Shown: positions 20,937 through 30,170 of the stretch, one piece after another
Layout: the number at the start of each line of letters is the position of its first letter
Position numbering within the stretch: the stretch's first letter is position 1
Virus record (IMG/VR): IMGVR_UViG_3300017717_002521
Span: 27,140 to 91,139 of that record
Source of the DNA: a virus
Length of the DNA: 64,000 bases
Direction: 5' to 3' (one strand)
Made by a program: the position numbers and the translations under genes
The notes under the pieces: generated by a model
Told to the model about the DNA's origin: nothing
The model's database searches: none
What the model saw: the letters and a program-made list of their open reading frames with translations, nothing else

Positions 20937-21099
20937 ACAAGAATTATTTGAAGCAATCGCAACACAGTTTGCAATCTTAGAAGAAAACAATGAAGGAGCT
21001 ACTAAAGCTTCACAAGCAAGAGCTCGTAAAGCAGCAGGAGAGATTAAGAAATTAATTACTCCCTACAAGAAAGCGAACATGGACGCTGTGAAGGGGTAG
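20929..21099 (+). CDS. histone H1-like (Hc1-type) small basic protein (56 aa)
   Basis: KASQARARKAAGEIKKL matches the Hc1-like pattern; translated by hand. Confidence 0.7.
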
Positions 21100-21136
21100 G
21101 GCGTTTCCTCCTCTCACGAAGTGCCACGCGCATTTT
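21088..21136 (+). ncRNA. candidate two-hairpin kissing-loop RNA element over the Hc1-like stop codon
   Basis: hairpin 21088-21117 (loop GCGTTT) and hairpin 21118-21136 (loop CACGC) have complementary loops. Confidence 0.45.
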
Positions 21137-21142
21137 CAACTA

Positions 21143-21171
21143 AGCCCTGCCGGAAACGGTGGGGTTTTTTT
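21143..21171 (+). terminator. intrinsic terminator
   Basis: CCCTGCCG-GAAA-CGGTGGGG plus T7. Confidence 0.88.
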
Positions 21172-21208
21172 ATATATTTATATTTACATTACAGATATAA
21201 GAGAAAAA

Positions 21209-22021
21209 ATGAAGATAACTCATAGATTTAACCACTATACAGCTCATGAAGCTAATAAGACTCTTAAATGGGTACCTAACGATTTAGAAGAACTTTTTAA
21301 AGAAAGGCTAAAAAATGAACCTACAAATCCTAGTCTTAATTATTATTTAAAAAATCCTATAATTTATAAACTAAATAATTATGGATTTAGAAGTCCTGTT
21401 GATTATGTTGAAGGAATAGAAGGTAATGTATTTTTAGGGTGCAGCCATACTTTTGGTATAGGGCATCATCTGGAGAATACTTGGTCTTGGAAGCTTAATG
21501 AGTATGTTGGGGGTAATTTTATAAATTTATCAGTCGGTGGTACCGGTATCGGAACTGGGTTTCGCTTATTATATGGGATGAAGGATATAGTAAAGCCAAA
21601 AAATGTTTTTCTATTCTACCCTCATGTATATAGATATGAATATTTTGATCAGCGTTATCAAACTTGGGCTAATGTGTGTATCACTCAACTTTATAAAATA
21701 GAAACGAGAAATAAAAAATTTCTTTTAGAACAGAACAATGCTGAGATGTTTTATTATTTACATTATACTGCTATTAAAAATTTATGTTATGAATTAGACA
21801 TTCCTCTCTATAATGTTACCGAGTTTAATAAGTTCTGGGAAGATCCAGATGAAAATTCTCCTTTACCGCTTTGTGCAAGAGATGATCACCCTAATCCCAA
21901 GTTTCATGTTAATGTTTTTGAAAAATTTAAACAAATTTATGATAATAAAATAAACATTTATAAAAGACCTGAAGAATTATGTGATTTAAAATATAACAAA
22001 GGACTAAAGCCAATTTTGTAA
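21209..22021 (+). CDS. SGNH-like hypothetical (GCSHT family)
   Basis: NNYGFRS, LGCSHTFG, INL..GG, DDHP. Confidence 0.6.
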   Translation: MKITHRFNHYTAHEANKTLKWVPNDLEELFKERLKNEPTNPSLNYYLKNPIIYKLNNYGFRSPVDYVEGIEGNVFLGCSHTFGIGHHLENTWSWKLNEYVGGNFINLSVGGTGIGTGFRLLYGMKDIVKPKNVFLFYPHVYRYEYFDQRYQTWANVCITQLYKIETRNKKFLLEQNNAEMFYYLHYTAIKNLCYELDIPLYNVTEFNKFWEDPDENSPLPLCARDDHPNPKFHVNVFEKFKQIYDNKINIYKRPEELCDLKYNKGLKPIL

Positions 22022-22093
22022 TTCATTTAAAAGTTCGTATATTAATAGAACATTAAGGCAAGTTCAAGAGAACATTAAGAACTACCTATTTAT
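22016..22093 (+). promoter_or_regulatory. class 1 promoter, three 11-bp-period repeats and a CTATTTAT motif
   Basis: TTG-N19-TATATTAA; GAACATTAAG at 22048 and 22070; CTATTTAT at 22086. Confidence 0.6.
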
Positions 22094-22112
22094 TAATATA
22101 AAAACATCCAAT

Positions 22113-22322
22113 ATGAAGAGAGCGCTAATACTAGGCTTGCTGTTATTCGGGATGAATGCACAAGCCCATATCGGTAAAAGCGATAACAAACTGGAGCTAC
22201 AAAAGAAAGCAGTTTATTTCGAGATTAAAGCTCAACTCGCGGCCGGTGTGATTACATTAGAAGAGGCACAACGCCTCTGGAAGATTAAAGTTAAACATTT
22301 AAGGAAAGAAGAGGCTATTTAA
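22113..22322 (+). CDS. small exported protein
   Basis: signal peptide ending AQA. Confidence 0.6.
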   Translation: MKRALILGLLLFGMNAQAHIGKSDNKLELQKKAVYFEIKAQLAAGVITLEEAQRLWKIKVKHLRKEEAI

Positions 22323-22336
22323 GCCTCTTTTTTTTT
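22306..22336 (+). terminator. intrinsic terminator
   Basis: AAGAGGCT-ATTTA-AGCCTCTT plus T run. Confidence 0.75.
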
Positions 22337-22358
22337 CTCATATTTATTATAAAGAGTT

Positions 22359-23426
22359 ATGGGTATTCTAGAGGACTTAAGGTGGATAGATATACCACCT
22401 AGTAATCTGTTTATTATTTCCGGTATAATTGACTTTTCTCGTCCATCAGATCATTGGTATAAAGAGTTTCAAAAGAATAAGTCTTCAATAAGAAGTAGTA
22501 AATATATAAATAATTTAAAGCAACTTATATTACAAGGTACAAAAATTATTCTAGATTGTACAATGGAGGGTTCTTTAATCAAAGATGATATAAGAGAGTA
22601 TATAGGAATACTCACCAAACACAGAGTTGACTTTAATAGTATTTTTTTAGCATTTAATAATTCATATTTATCTTCTAGTAATATTATTTCATACAGTGGA
22701 TACAATATTAAATGTGTTTACTTTCCTCATTTTTTTATTTCTACTTTATTTGAATTTCAAAAACATATTAAACCTATGTCTTCAGATAATCCTTCATATG
22801 ACTTTTTATGTCTTAATCGTAGAATGAGAATAGGAAAGTATTTACTACTTAAAGAACTTAAAGAAAGAAATTTGTTGGAAAAAACACTTTATACTTATGT
22901 AAAGACTCTTGTAGAATCTGATGTTGATGGTTCAGTTTCTAAAAATCAATTGGAAGGAGATAAAGAATATGGAGAGCATATTTCTGAAGACGATGAAAAT
23001 TTTTTATATTGGCTTAATACAGACTGGTATTCTGATACAAAAGTAGATATAGTTAACGAAACATATTATTTAGAAGATGACCAATGTCATTTAACTGAAA
23101 AGATATTCAAACCTATGATGTTAGAAAAACCTTTTGTAGTTAATGGTACTAAAGGGTATTTGAAAGAACTTAAAAGATTAGGGTTTAAAACTTTTTCTGA
23201 CGTTATCGATGAATCATATGATGATGCTAGTAATGAAATAAGATATAAATTAGTAGTAGACGCTGCAATTGAACTTGCTGGTAAATATAATACTGATAAA
23301 GTTAAACAGATATGTAAATACAATAAAAAACTTTTTTTCAATATTTCTCATAAAAAAGATATAGTAAAAAAATTATTTATTTCTCAATTAAAAACTGATG
23401 GACTACTTCAACCTAAACAGATATAA
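22359..23426 (+). CDS. glycosyltransferase-like protein (GT-B, GT10-like C-terminus)
   Basis: FLCLNRR, IVNET, LTEKIFKP, LGFKTF..IDESYD. Confidence 0.6.
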   Translation: MGILEDLRWIDIPPSNLFIISGIIDFSRPSDHWYKEFQKNKSSIRSSKYINNLKQLILQGTKIILDCTMEGSLIKDDIREYIGILTKHRVDFNSIFLAFNNSYLSSSNIISYSGYNIKCVYFPHFFISTLFEFQKHIKPMSSDNPSYDFLCLNRRMRIGKYLLLKELKERNLLEKTLYTYVKTLVESDVDGSVSKNQLEGDKEYGEHISEDDENFLYWLNTDWYSDTKVDIVNETYYLEDDQCHLTEKIFKPMMLEKPFVVNGTKGYLKELKRLGFKTFSDVIDESYDDASNEIRYKLVVDAAIELAGKYNTDKVKQICKYNKKLFFNISHKKDIVKKLFISQLKTDGLLQPKQI

Positions 23427-23428
23427 GT

Positions 23429-23458
23429 TTGTATATTGATTTTTTTTTCCTATATTAA
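23429..23458 (+). promoter_or_regulatory. class 1 promoter (near-leaderless transcript)
   Basis: TTG-N19-TATATTAA ending 3 nt before ATG. Confidence 0.65.
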
Positions 23459-23461
23459 GAT

Positions 23462-24031
23462 ATGGACGTTATAGAATATGGTGGGCTGTTAAATAAAGCA
23501 TTTTGTGATTTACTTATAGAAAAAGCTAAACCTAAAATGTTCCAAGCCGATGTAATCGGTGAAACAAAAGATAATAGAATAGCTTCTAACTGTTGGTTTG
23601 ATAATAATGAATTCCCAGAACTGCATCACCTTAAAGAATGGATTGCTGGTACAACTTCAACACCAATTGAAAATCAAGAAAACGGGACAGTTGTAAGGTA
23701 TGATGTAGGAGGTAAATATGAAGCTCATTTTGATTACTTTGATAGTAGTGTTCCTGCTCAAGCTGAAGAATTTAAAAACGGCGGCAATAGAGTGTGGTCC
23801 TTTTTAGTATATTTAAATGATGACTATGAAGGGGGTAGTACTTTTTTTCCTGAACATGATTTAAATGTACAACCTGATATGGGGAAAGGAGTATTATGGA
23901 GAAATACTTTAGACGGAGCTTTATTAGAAGAATCAATACATGCAGGTAATCCTGTAACTAAAGGAACTAAATGGATTTTTATCACTTGGATACGAGAAAG
24001 TAAATTTTATAATGAAACCGAAAATCCCTAA
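23462..24031 (+). CDS. prolyl 4-hydroxylase-like 2OG-Fe(II) oxygenase
   Basis: HFD, RVWSFLVYLND, GGSTFF, HAG.PV..G.KW. Confidence 0.9.
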   Translation: MDVIEYGGLLNKAFCDLLIEKAKPKMFQADVIGETKDNRIASNCWFDNNEFPELHHLKEWIAGTTSTPIENQENGTVVRYDVGGKYEAHFDYFDSSVPAQAEEFKNGGNRVWSFLVYLNDDYEGGSTFFPEHDLNVQPDMGKGVLWRNTLDGALLEESIHAGNPVTKGTKWIFITWIRESKFYNETENP

Positions 24032-24137
24032 ATTATCGAATGAAGTATTACGTTCCATATGGGAAGCATCTAGGCATACAGTAGAAAAAAATAAGAAGAA
24101 ATATACACGCAAAAATAAACATAAAAAAAATGAGTGA
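24012..24137 (+). CDS. small basic protein (41 aa), ArfA-like KKKYTRKNKHK motif
   Basis: translated by hand; overlaps both neighbours. Confidence 0.5.
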   Translation: MKPKIPKLSNEVLRSIWEASRHTVEKNKKKYTRKNKHKKNE

Positions 24138-24282
24138 TTCAATTAAAAAGTGGCATGAAATGCAAGAGGATAAACACTTAAGAGAGAAAGCAGAAATTAA
24201 AAAGAAAGCATATAGATTGCTAACTGAGTATGATGCTGAAACTATTCGAGTAGCTTCTAGAATTTTAAATGAAAAAGAATAA
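24130..24282 (+). CDS. small hypothetical protein (50 aa)
   Basis: MSDSIKKWHEMQE...; fills the gap. Confidence 0.55.
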   Translation: MSDSIKKWHEMQEDKHLREKAEIKKKAYRLLTEYDAETIRVASRILNEKE

Positions 24283-24940
24283 ATATTGGCCTTTATCATC
24301 TAGAGTTAATAAATCGTTTAAAACATCCGGCTCAGACGATACAGGAATAAATACATATACTTATAATGAGTTAGGGTATCGAGGGGATTCTATATCTAAA
24401 AATATAGATATCTTATCTGTAGGTTGTTCTCATACTGAAGGCATAGGAGTTAATGATAATGAGACTTGGCCGCATTATGTAGCTGAAGCATTAAACATGA
24501 CTCATATTAATATGGGCTTTACTGGTCGTTCTAATGACTATATTTCAAGAACAGTAACCTCTTATGTAAGACAGTTTAATCCTAAATATGTATTCGTTAT
24601 GTACACATACCCCAGCCGTAGAGAGTACTGGACTGACGAAGGTCCTCAACCCTATGCTAGTCAACAGTGGGGATACTTTGAAGATAATCCCGATAAGTGG
24701 GATGCTTTTACAAAATTAAGTTCTGTTGAAAGTGACAAACATAACTTTATTAAGAATCATTTGATGGTTATGATGGCTTGTGAGTTAGCTAGTACTACTC
24801 TTATATGGAATGGTTCTTTTACTGGGTATGAATATAAAGATAGTAAAAGGTTTGACGGAGAGTATAATGTAGAATACGGTAAACATGCAACTGCAGAACA
24901 AAATAAAAAATACGCTACTAATCTAGTTGGATACCTGTAA
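24269..24940 (+). CDS. SGNH-like hypothetical (GCSHT family)
   Basis: NELGYRG, VGCSHTEG, NMG..G.SND. Confidence 0.6.
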   Translation: MKKNKYWPLSSRVNKSFKTSGSDDTGINTYTYNELGYRGDSISKNIDILSVGCSHTEGIGVNDNETWPHYVAEALNMTHINMGFTGRSNDYISRTVTSYVRQFNPKYVFVMYTYPSRREYWTDEGPQPYASQQWGYFEDNPDKWDAFTKLSSVESDKHNFIKNHLMVMMACELASTTLIWNGSFTGYEYKDSKRFDGEYNVEYGKHATAEQNKKYATNLVGYL

Positions 24941-24957
24941 GATTTTTCTTATATTTA
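24927..24957 (+). promoter_or_regulatory. class 1 promoter
   Basis: TTG-N20-TATATTTA. Confidence 0.65.
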
Positions 24958-24962
24958 ATTAT

Positions 24963-25487
24963 ATGAATAAACTTCCTTACATTCCTAAAGAATCTCGTAA
25001 GTCGATAGAAAAAGAACTTAAGAAGAGGTATTTTAAAAAACCTTATGATAGGTTTATGTGGTGGAGAAGCTATACTCTTAAGAATAAACCTTTAAATAAA
25101 AAATCACCTTTCAGAGATAAAATACTAAATGGTGATTTCGATCATGGTCCTTACTTATGGGAAATAGAATTAGCTAAACATACTATCAACGAAAAATATT
25201 TAAATAGTATTACAAGTAATGGAGAACCTGATCATGGAGTCTTTACTGCTGAAACCTCAGTAGATAGAGCCAGAATAAAAAGGCTTAACGAGGATTATGA
25301 AAAAGATGAAAGAGGCAAATTAGAAGAGATAAAGAAAGGTTTTTTGTTAAATATAAAAATTAATTCTAAACAGTATGAAAAAGAAGTTACCAATACTGGA
25401 GCAAAAGATTTGATCACTTTCTACGATAGAATGTGCGATAGGTACGGTACATACTGGAAACCTTTATCTACTGTTAGTAAAACATAG
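24963..25487 (+). CDS. hypothetical protein
   Basis: ATG at 24963 downstream of the promoter preferred. Confidence 0.6.
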   Translation: MNKLPYIPKESRKSIEKELKKRYFKKPYDRFMWWRSYTLKNKPLNKKSPFRDKILNGDFDHGPYLWEIELAKHTINEKYLNSITSNGEPDHGVFTAETSVDRARIKRLNEDYEKDERGKLEEIKKGFLLNIKINSKQYEKEVTNTGAKDLITFYDRMCDRYGTYWKPLSTVSKT

Positions 25488-25527
25488 ATATTTATATATA
25501 TTAACGTTAATTAAAAACAAATTTTAA

Positions 25528-25818
25528 ATGAAGACAATTCTAATTATTGTACTGGTTTTAGCAGCGATTGCTGGAGCAGTATGGGTAGGTACGAAGTTTT
25601 TCGGACTTGCTAAAGATGACGACAAAGATGGTATTCCTGACGAGGTTGAGGATACTGTTAAAGAAGTCAAAAGAAGAGCTAAAAGAGTAAAAGAAGAGCT
25701 CGGAGATATTGCTGATGCAGCTAAAGATGTTATAGATCAAGCAGGCGATATAGGTGAAGCCGTAAAAGGTAAACCAAGAAAAGGACGTAAACCAAGAGCT
25801 AAAAAAGCTTCTAAGTAA
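25528..25818 (+). CDS. membrane-anchored protein with DxDxDG motif and basic tail
   Basis: N-terminal TM; DDDKDGIPD. Confidence 0.6.
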   Translation: MKTILIIVLVLAAIAGAVWVGTKFFGLAKDDDKDGIPDEVEDTVKEVKRRAKRVKEELGDIADAAKDVIDQAGDIGEAVKGKPRKGRKPRAKKASK

Positions 25819-26039
25819 TGCAGGGTAATCCAAATGTCGATATATCACAAACTACTGCGGTTTTATGCGAAGAGTGCAACGGAACCTTCTTTGAACAAGC
25901 ACTTGTTCTTAGGAGAGTCTCAGCCATTCTTACCGGAACAAGTAAGCCGGGATTTATTCCAATCCCAGTCTTTAAATGTTCTGAATGCGGACACGTCAAC
26001 GGAGAATTTATCCCAAAGGAAGTTCAATCCCTTGACTGA
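25818..26039 (+). CDS. zinc-ribbon protein
   Basis: CEEC...CSECG. Confidence 0.65.
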   Translation: MQGNPNVDISQTTAVLCEECNGTFFEQALVLRRVSAILTGTSKPGFIPIPVFKCSECGHVNGEFIPKEVQSLD

Positions 26040-26068
26040 TACTCATTCAGGTTTACATGATTATGAAT

Positions 26069-26097
26069 AACGGGGTCCAAGTGACCCTGTTTTTTTT
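26069..26097 (+). terminator. intrinsic terminator
   Basis: ACGGGGTC-CAAGT-GACCCTGT plus T7. Confidence 0.85.
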
Positions 26098-26165
26098 GCC
26101 TATTTATTAAATGCAATTGCCAAAGTTCGGACAGTTTTCTTATGTCTAATTAAACTTTAAATCAC

Positions 26166-26405
26166 ATGAACATTTTGGAAACCGTTAGCTCTTGGGCTAA
26201 CAAATTAACAGAAGTAGGAGTAAGTGTCATTGCTCTCGGTATAGTACTTGAAGTACTTTTCAAAGGAGCAGTAATTCCATTCTGGCCTGAAGTTTCAGTA
26301 ATTGACAATGTAATGGGAATCATAGGTTCCCTAAGTAATGAAGGACTACTAGGTTTAGTAGGTGCTTTTGTACTTTATCATATTTTAAAGAAAAAAGCAG
26401 TTTAA
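26166..26405 (+). CDS. small membrane protein, probably monocistronic
   Basis: two TM segments; CTATTTAT at 26100 and its own terminator. Confidence 0.65.
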   Translation: MNILETVSSWANKLTEVGVSVIALGIVLEVLFKGAVIPFWPEVSVIDNVMGIIGSLSNEGLLGLVGAFVLYHILKKKAV

Positions 26406-26411
26406 TAAATT

Positions 26412-26437
26412 AAGGGGCCTTCGGGCCCTTTTTTTTT
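26412..26437 (+). terminator. intrinsic terminator
   Basis: GGGGCC-TTCG-GGCCCT plus T run. Confidence 0.88.
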
Positions 26438-26554
26438 GTTTCTTACTGTATTTTTTTACTTTTAATACCATATTTATTTACGAAGGTTTTATATAACTGT
26501 TTTACAATCGTCTTGTAAATGTTAACATAACGGTTGCGCAATAAATCGCAGTAT

Positions 26555-27025
26555 ATGAAACTTTTACTCTTTTTGTATAGTCTCCTATTAAGCTTAACTC
26601 TAGTAGCACAAGAAGTTAAGATAGGAAATGTAGAAAATAAGATCTTACTTGGCAACTTAGCCGGTAACAGAGATCTTGCGTTTGGAGTACAGAATGTACT
26701 TGAAGAAGTAATTCAAGACGCAGGATATGATCTTAATCCAAAGAGTTCTACTGAAATTACTGTCGATCTATTATTTTTTGACGTTAAAAAAAGTAACGTT
26801 CAACTAGCTGTATATAGTAAAAATACTGACGTATATACTATTATAGCAAGAGCTACTTTATTAAAAAAAGGTAAAAAGAAAAAACAGGTTACTGCTAAAG
26901 GCCAAGCTAAGTCTGTTTCGACTGCAACCTTAGTAGTAGATAAAGGAGGAAAATTTTCTCAAGCAAATGTTTCAACAGCAATAAAGAAATTATGTGAGCA
27001 ATTGGTCACAAAATTAAAAATATGA
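26555..27025 (+). CDS. exported protein, possibly CsgG-fold related
   Basis: signal peptide LVA|Q; alpha/beta pattern and C-terminal helix like 30163. Confidence 0.5.
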   Translation: MKLLLFLYSLLLSLTLVAQEVKIGNVENKILLGNLAGNRDLAFGVQNVLEEVIQDAGYDLNPKSSTEITVDLLFFDVKKSNVQLAVYSKNTDVYTIIARATLLKKGKKKKQVTAKGQAKSVSTATLVVDKGGKFSQANVSTAIKKLCEQLVTKLKI

Positions 27026-28752
27026 ATAGAATAAAACAATTTTTTCAAAAGATAGAAGACTTCTTAATGGAGCTCTACGGTATGGATAAGCATATGAAAA
27101 AAATCATATTGATTATTCTAATACCTTTCATTTCTTTTGGCCAAGATCTAGTATCATCTGAGGATGGTATTGATATTGATCTTGACTTTATAGGTACTAC
27201 AGCAGGAAATGATAATTTATCTAAAGTACAAGTAAACGATACTATAATGGTAGGTATAGATTTGAATAACCTATCAGATTATGAAATAACTTATATACAT
27301 GTAGATATAGAATACAATACAGCAGCATTTTCATTAGTAGATCAAGAATGGGATATACCAGATGGTGCTCAAGAATCATTATTTTCATGGACTAATACTA
27401 AATGGACCCCAGACCCAGACCACCCTGAAAGTAATTTATGGGCTCAGTGGAGCAATGGGGGAGGAAGTTATGGTCAGACAGATGGATGGAATGTAGATCA
27501 CTGGCAGGCAGTATCTACCTCAGGGTTTGATGGTACTTATGTTACTATGTACTTTAAAGTTAAAGATGCAGACGTAGCAAATTTTGAAGAAGCCATAAAT
27601 ATAACAATGGCAAGAGCAGCTGATAATACTGGAGACCAAGAATACGTTTACCCTGTTGGATCAGTTTTAGCATATCCTAATCAATATATAGAATTTGAAC
27701 CTCTAGAAGATTTAGATAGTAATATTTACGTTAGAGTTGATTTTAATGAAAATATAGATCCTACTAAAGTAAAATTAGTAGTAAAAGAAATAGTAGAAGA
27801 AGACGAAACTATAGTAGGTACTATGGTATTAGATCAAAACGGTGATGCTAATATTACAGAGTTCATTACAAAAAGCGATGTAGATTATGCATACGAGTTT
27901 GTATGGAATGGTACTGAGGAAGAATTACAAGACCTAAAAGATCAAATAGTAACTATATCAGATGTAGTAATAACATTAGAGGAAGCAGGAGAATTTGAGC
28001 ATGGAGGAGTAGGAGAAGTATTTGGACCTATTCAATATATAACTGCTGATGTAGATCAGAATCAAGAAATAACTGGTCAAGATGCCTTTATGTTATTAGC
28101 TCATGTATTAGAAGAAAGTAATTTATATTCTGAATATGATACCTTCGACGAATTTGCAGCAGTAATACCTGCTAAATTTTATGATAGTGTTAGTGTAGAG
28201 ACTTTATTTGATGATAACTTTGGAGAAGACGAAGAGGAACCTGATATCGATTTTAGTGAATCAACAATTGAATTAGAATTTAGATCAGCTATGTTCGGGG
28301 ATGCTAACTTATCTCATTCAGTAGAACAAGATGATCAAGAAAATTTATCTTTATCTGCTAAAGGATATCAATACGGATTATCAGCTAGAGGTGAATCATT
28401 TATAGATGCTAACTATTCAGTTGCATTAGAGAGTGGTAATGTTGTTGCTACGTTGGAAGTACTATCTGACGATACATCAGCACTACAATTAAAATTAGAT
28501 TATGATAATACTAGAATATTATTTAAAGAAGTAGTATTCGATACTGGCAATACAACTACTAATTTTGGTTCTGCTAAAAATGGTAGAGTAAATTTAGGTA
28601 GTATAAATTCAAATAGAGAAGCTATTCCTCGAAACTCTACTATAAAAGTAGTATTTGAAGGTAACGTTAGCTCTACAGTTGGATTAGTAAACATTTTTAA
28701 CACTGACGCAGCAAGCATATCAGGATTACAACAAATATTAAGACTAAAATAA
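27022..28752 (+). CDS. exported acidic protein with cohesin-like and dockerin-like segments (start possibly 27094)
   Basis: SFG|Q signal; DIEYN and LQLKLDYD cohesin-like strands; ADVDQNQEITGQDA and GDANL Ca-loops. Confidence 0.55.
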   Translation: MNRIKQFFQKIEDFLMELYGMDKHMKKIILIILIPFISFGQDLVSSEDGIDIDLDFIGTTAGNDNLSKVQVNDTIMVGIDLNNLSDYEITYIHVDIEYNTAAFSLVDQEWDIPDGAQESLFSWTNTKWTPDPDHPESNLWAQWSNGGGSYGQTDGWNVDHWQAVSTSGFDGTYVTMYFKVKDADVANFEEAINITMARAADNTGDQEYVYPVGSVLAYPNQYIEFEPLEDLDSNIYVRVDFNENIDPTKVKLVVKEIVEEDETIVGTMVLDQNGDANITEFITKSDVDYAYEFVWNGTEEELQDLKDQIVTISDVVITLEEAGEFEHGGVGEVFGPIQYITADVDQNQEITGQDAFMLLAHVLEESNLYSEYDTFDEFAAVIPAKFYDSVSVETLFDDNFGEDEEEPDIDFSESTIELEFRSAMFGDANLSHSVEQDDQENLSLSAKGYQYGLSARGESFIDANYSVALESGNVVATLEVLSDDTSALQLKLDYDNTRILFKEVVFDTGNTTTNFGSAKNGRVNLGSINSNREAIPRNSTIKVVFEGNVSSTVGLVNIFNTDAASISGLQQILRLK

Positions 28753-29129
28753 TGAGCTATAATTTTCAGAAATGGTATTACTTTTGGTTGTTCGTTCTAT
28801 TTTTAGCATGTGCTCGAGATGACGAATATATTACTTATAGTACTAATTACGATACAAGACTTGAGATAGCTGATCTCGAAGGATTACAATTTAAAAATAG
28901 TAACATTACTGATGGTACTAAATTTAATTTTAAGACTCAAACAGCTGGAGACTATACTTTAGAAATAAGAGATCATTTTAAAACTCTCATATCTAAAAGT
29001 ATTATTACCGCACAAGTAGGAGATAACGTATTAAATTTTTATACGAAGGCGCTTCAAGACGGAGATTATTATATATCGATTCACAGTAAATTCAAAAAAG
29101 TCCAAGAGACTAAAATGACAATCCAATGA
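28752..29129 (+). CDS. putative lipoprotein with Ig-like C-terminal domain
   Basis: FLAC lipobox; LQDGDYYISI. Confidence 0.55.
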   Translation: MSYNFQKWYYFWLFVLFLACARDDEYITYSTNYDTRLEIADLEGLQFKNSNITDGTKFNFKTQTAGDYTLEIRDHFKTLISKSIITAQVGDNVLNFYTKALQDGDYYISIHSKFKKVQETKMTIQ

Positions 29130-29605
29130 AAAAACTTATATTCGCAGTATTAAGTTTTATTTTAGTTGCGTGTTCTAATCAATCTATTGAAGACGGATTA
29201 GATGATTTAAATGCTAGACTAGTAGAACTAGAGCAAGAAATAGTCGCTTTTGATGCACAATCTTTACTAAGTGACATTAGTGAAATTGCTGATCAAGTAG
29301 CAGCTTTTGAAGCTCAAAATGAAGAAAACCAAGCTACTATTGCTGAAGTAATGGCTACGTTAGATTCGTTAAACTTACAGTTAGCTGAGATAAATGAAGC
29401 AATCGAGGCAGCTGGTACCATGGAGCAAATTCAAGCTATCAAAGTAAAATTGCAGGAAGTAAACGAAGGAATCGCTTTACTAGTATTTGCTTCAGATTAT
29501 GATCTAGATGGGATTATAAATGGGTTAGATCAATGCCCTAATACTCCTATAACTGAAATAAGTCTGATAGATACTAACGGATGTGGTCCATCTGAAATAG
29601 ACTAA
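29126..29605 (+). CDS. coiled-coil lipoprotein with thrombospondin type-3-like repeat
   Basis: LVAC lipobox; DYDLDGI...DQCPNTP...NGC. Confidence 0.65.
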   Translation: MKKLIFAVLSFILVACSNQSIEDGLDDLNARLVELEQEIVAFDAQSLLSDISEIADQVAAFEAQNEENQATIAEVMATLDSLNLQLAEINEAIEAAGTMEQIQAIKVKLQEVNEGIALLVFASDYDLDGIINGLDQCPNTPITEISLIDTNGCGPSEID

Positions 29606-29607
29606 TT

Positions 29608-29865
29608 ATGAATGACATTAAAAAAGCAATTATTGGAGTTATCACTCTAGCTATCACAACAGGAGGGGGATTATTGATTAAGAGCCTTTTTGAAGGAGAT
29701 AAAGAAGAAGTAGTGAAAGAAGTAACTACCCCAGCTCCAACTAATGTCATTATTAATATACCTCAGCAAGAAGTAAAAAAAGATACCATAGTAAAGAAGG
29801 TATATGTTAAACCTAAACCCAAACTATCTGAAACTGAAAAAAGAAAGAAGAAGATAGATTGGTAG
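29608..29865 (+). CDS. single-TM hypothetical protein
   Basis: N-terminal TM. Confidence 0.55.
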   Translation: MNDIKKAIIGVITLAITTGGGLLIKSLFEGDKEEVVKEVTTPAPTNVIINIPQQEVKKDTIVKKVYVKPKPKLSETEKRKKKIDW

Positions 29866-29877
29866 TTATATCGCAGT

Positions 29878-29913
29878 AAAAAAAAGAGACCGAAGGCGGC
29901 AACCCTCGATCTC
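29878..29913 (-). terminator. minus-strand intrinsic terminator
   Basis: reverse strand GAGATCGAGGG-TTGCCG-CCTTCGGTCTC-T8; fully paired only on this strand (two G-U). Confidence 0.7.
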
Positions 29914-29954
29914 CGGTAAATAAAATGAATTTAGTAACTTTTAAAACAAAAACA

Positions 29955-30170
29955 ATGAACAATTACATTAACCCATTTCTTATAATTAAAGAAGAATTAT
30001 CCGAAGCGACAACTATTTCGCAAAAAAGTTTAGTAATTTTTGTATCTTTATGGGCAGCAATGCTTTCTACATTAGTAGTTAGCGGTGTTACCTTTATAAT
30101 TTATGAATTAATTACTAGTCCTTCAACATTTTCTAACGCAACTTGGGGTATTTTCGATACCCTTGGGTAA
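29955..30170 (+). CDS. small membrane protein
   Basis: one long hydrophobic helix; ATG 29955 after an A-rich leader. Confidence 0.55.
   Translation: MNNYINPFLIIKEELSEATTISQKSLVIFVSLWAAMLSTLVVSGVTFIIYELITSPSTFSNATWGIFDTLG

Noticed and set aside
21088-21171. tRNA or tmRNA
   Set aside because: No cloverleaf, T-loop or CCA end; no tRNA recognised anywhere in the window by eye
29886-29913. SAM-I riboswitch (GGCAACC)
   Set aside because: No other SAM-I elements; better explained as a minus-strand terminator
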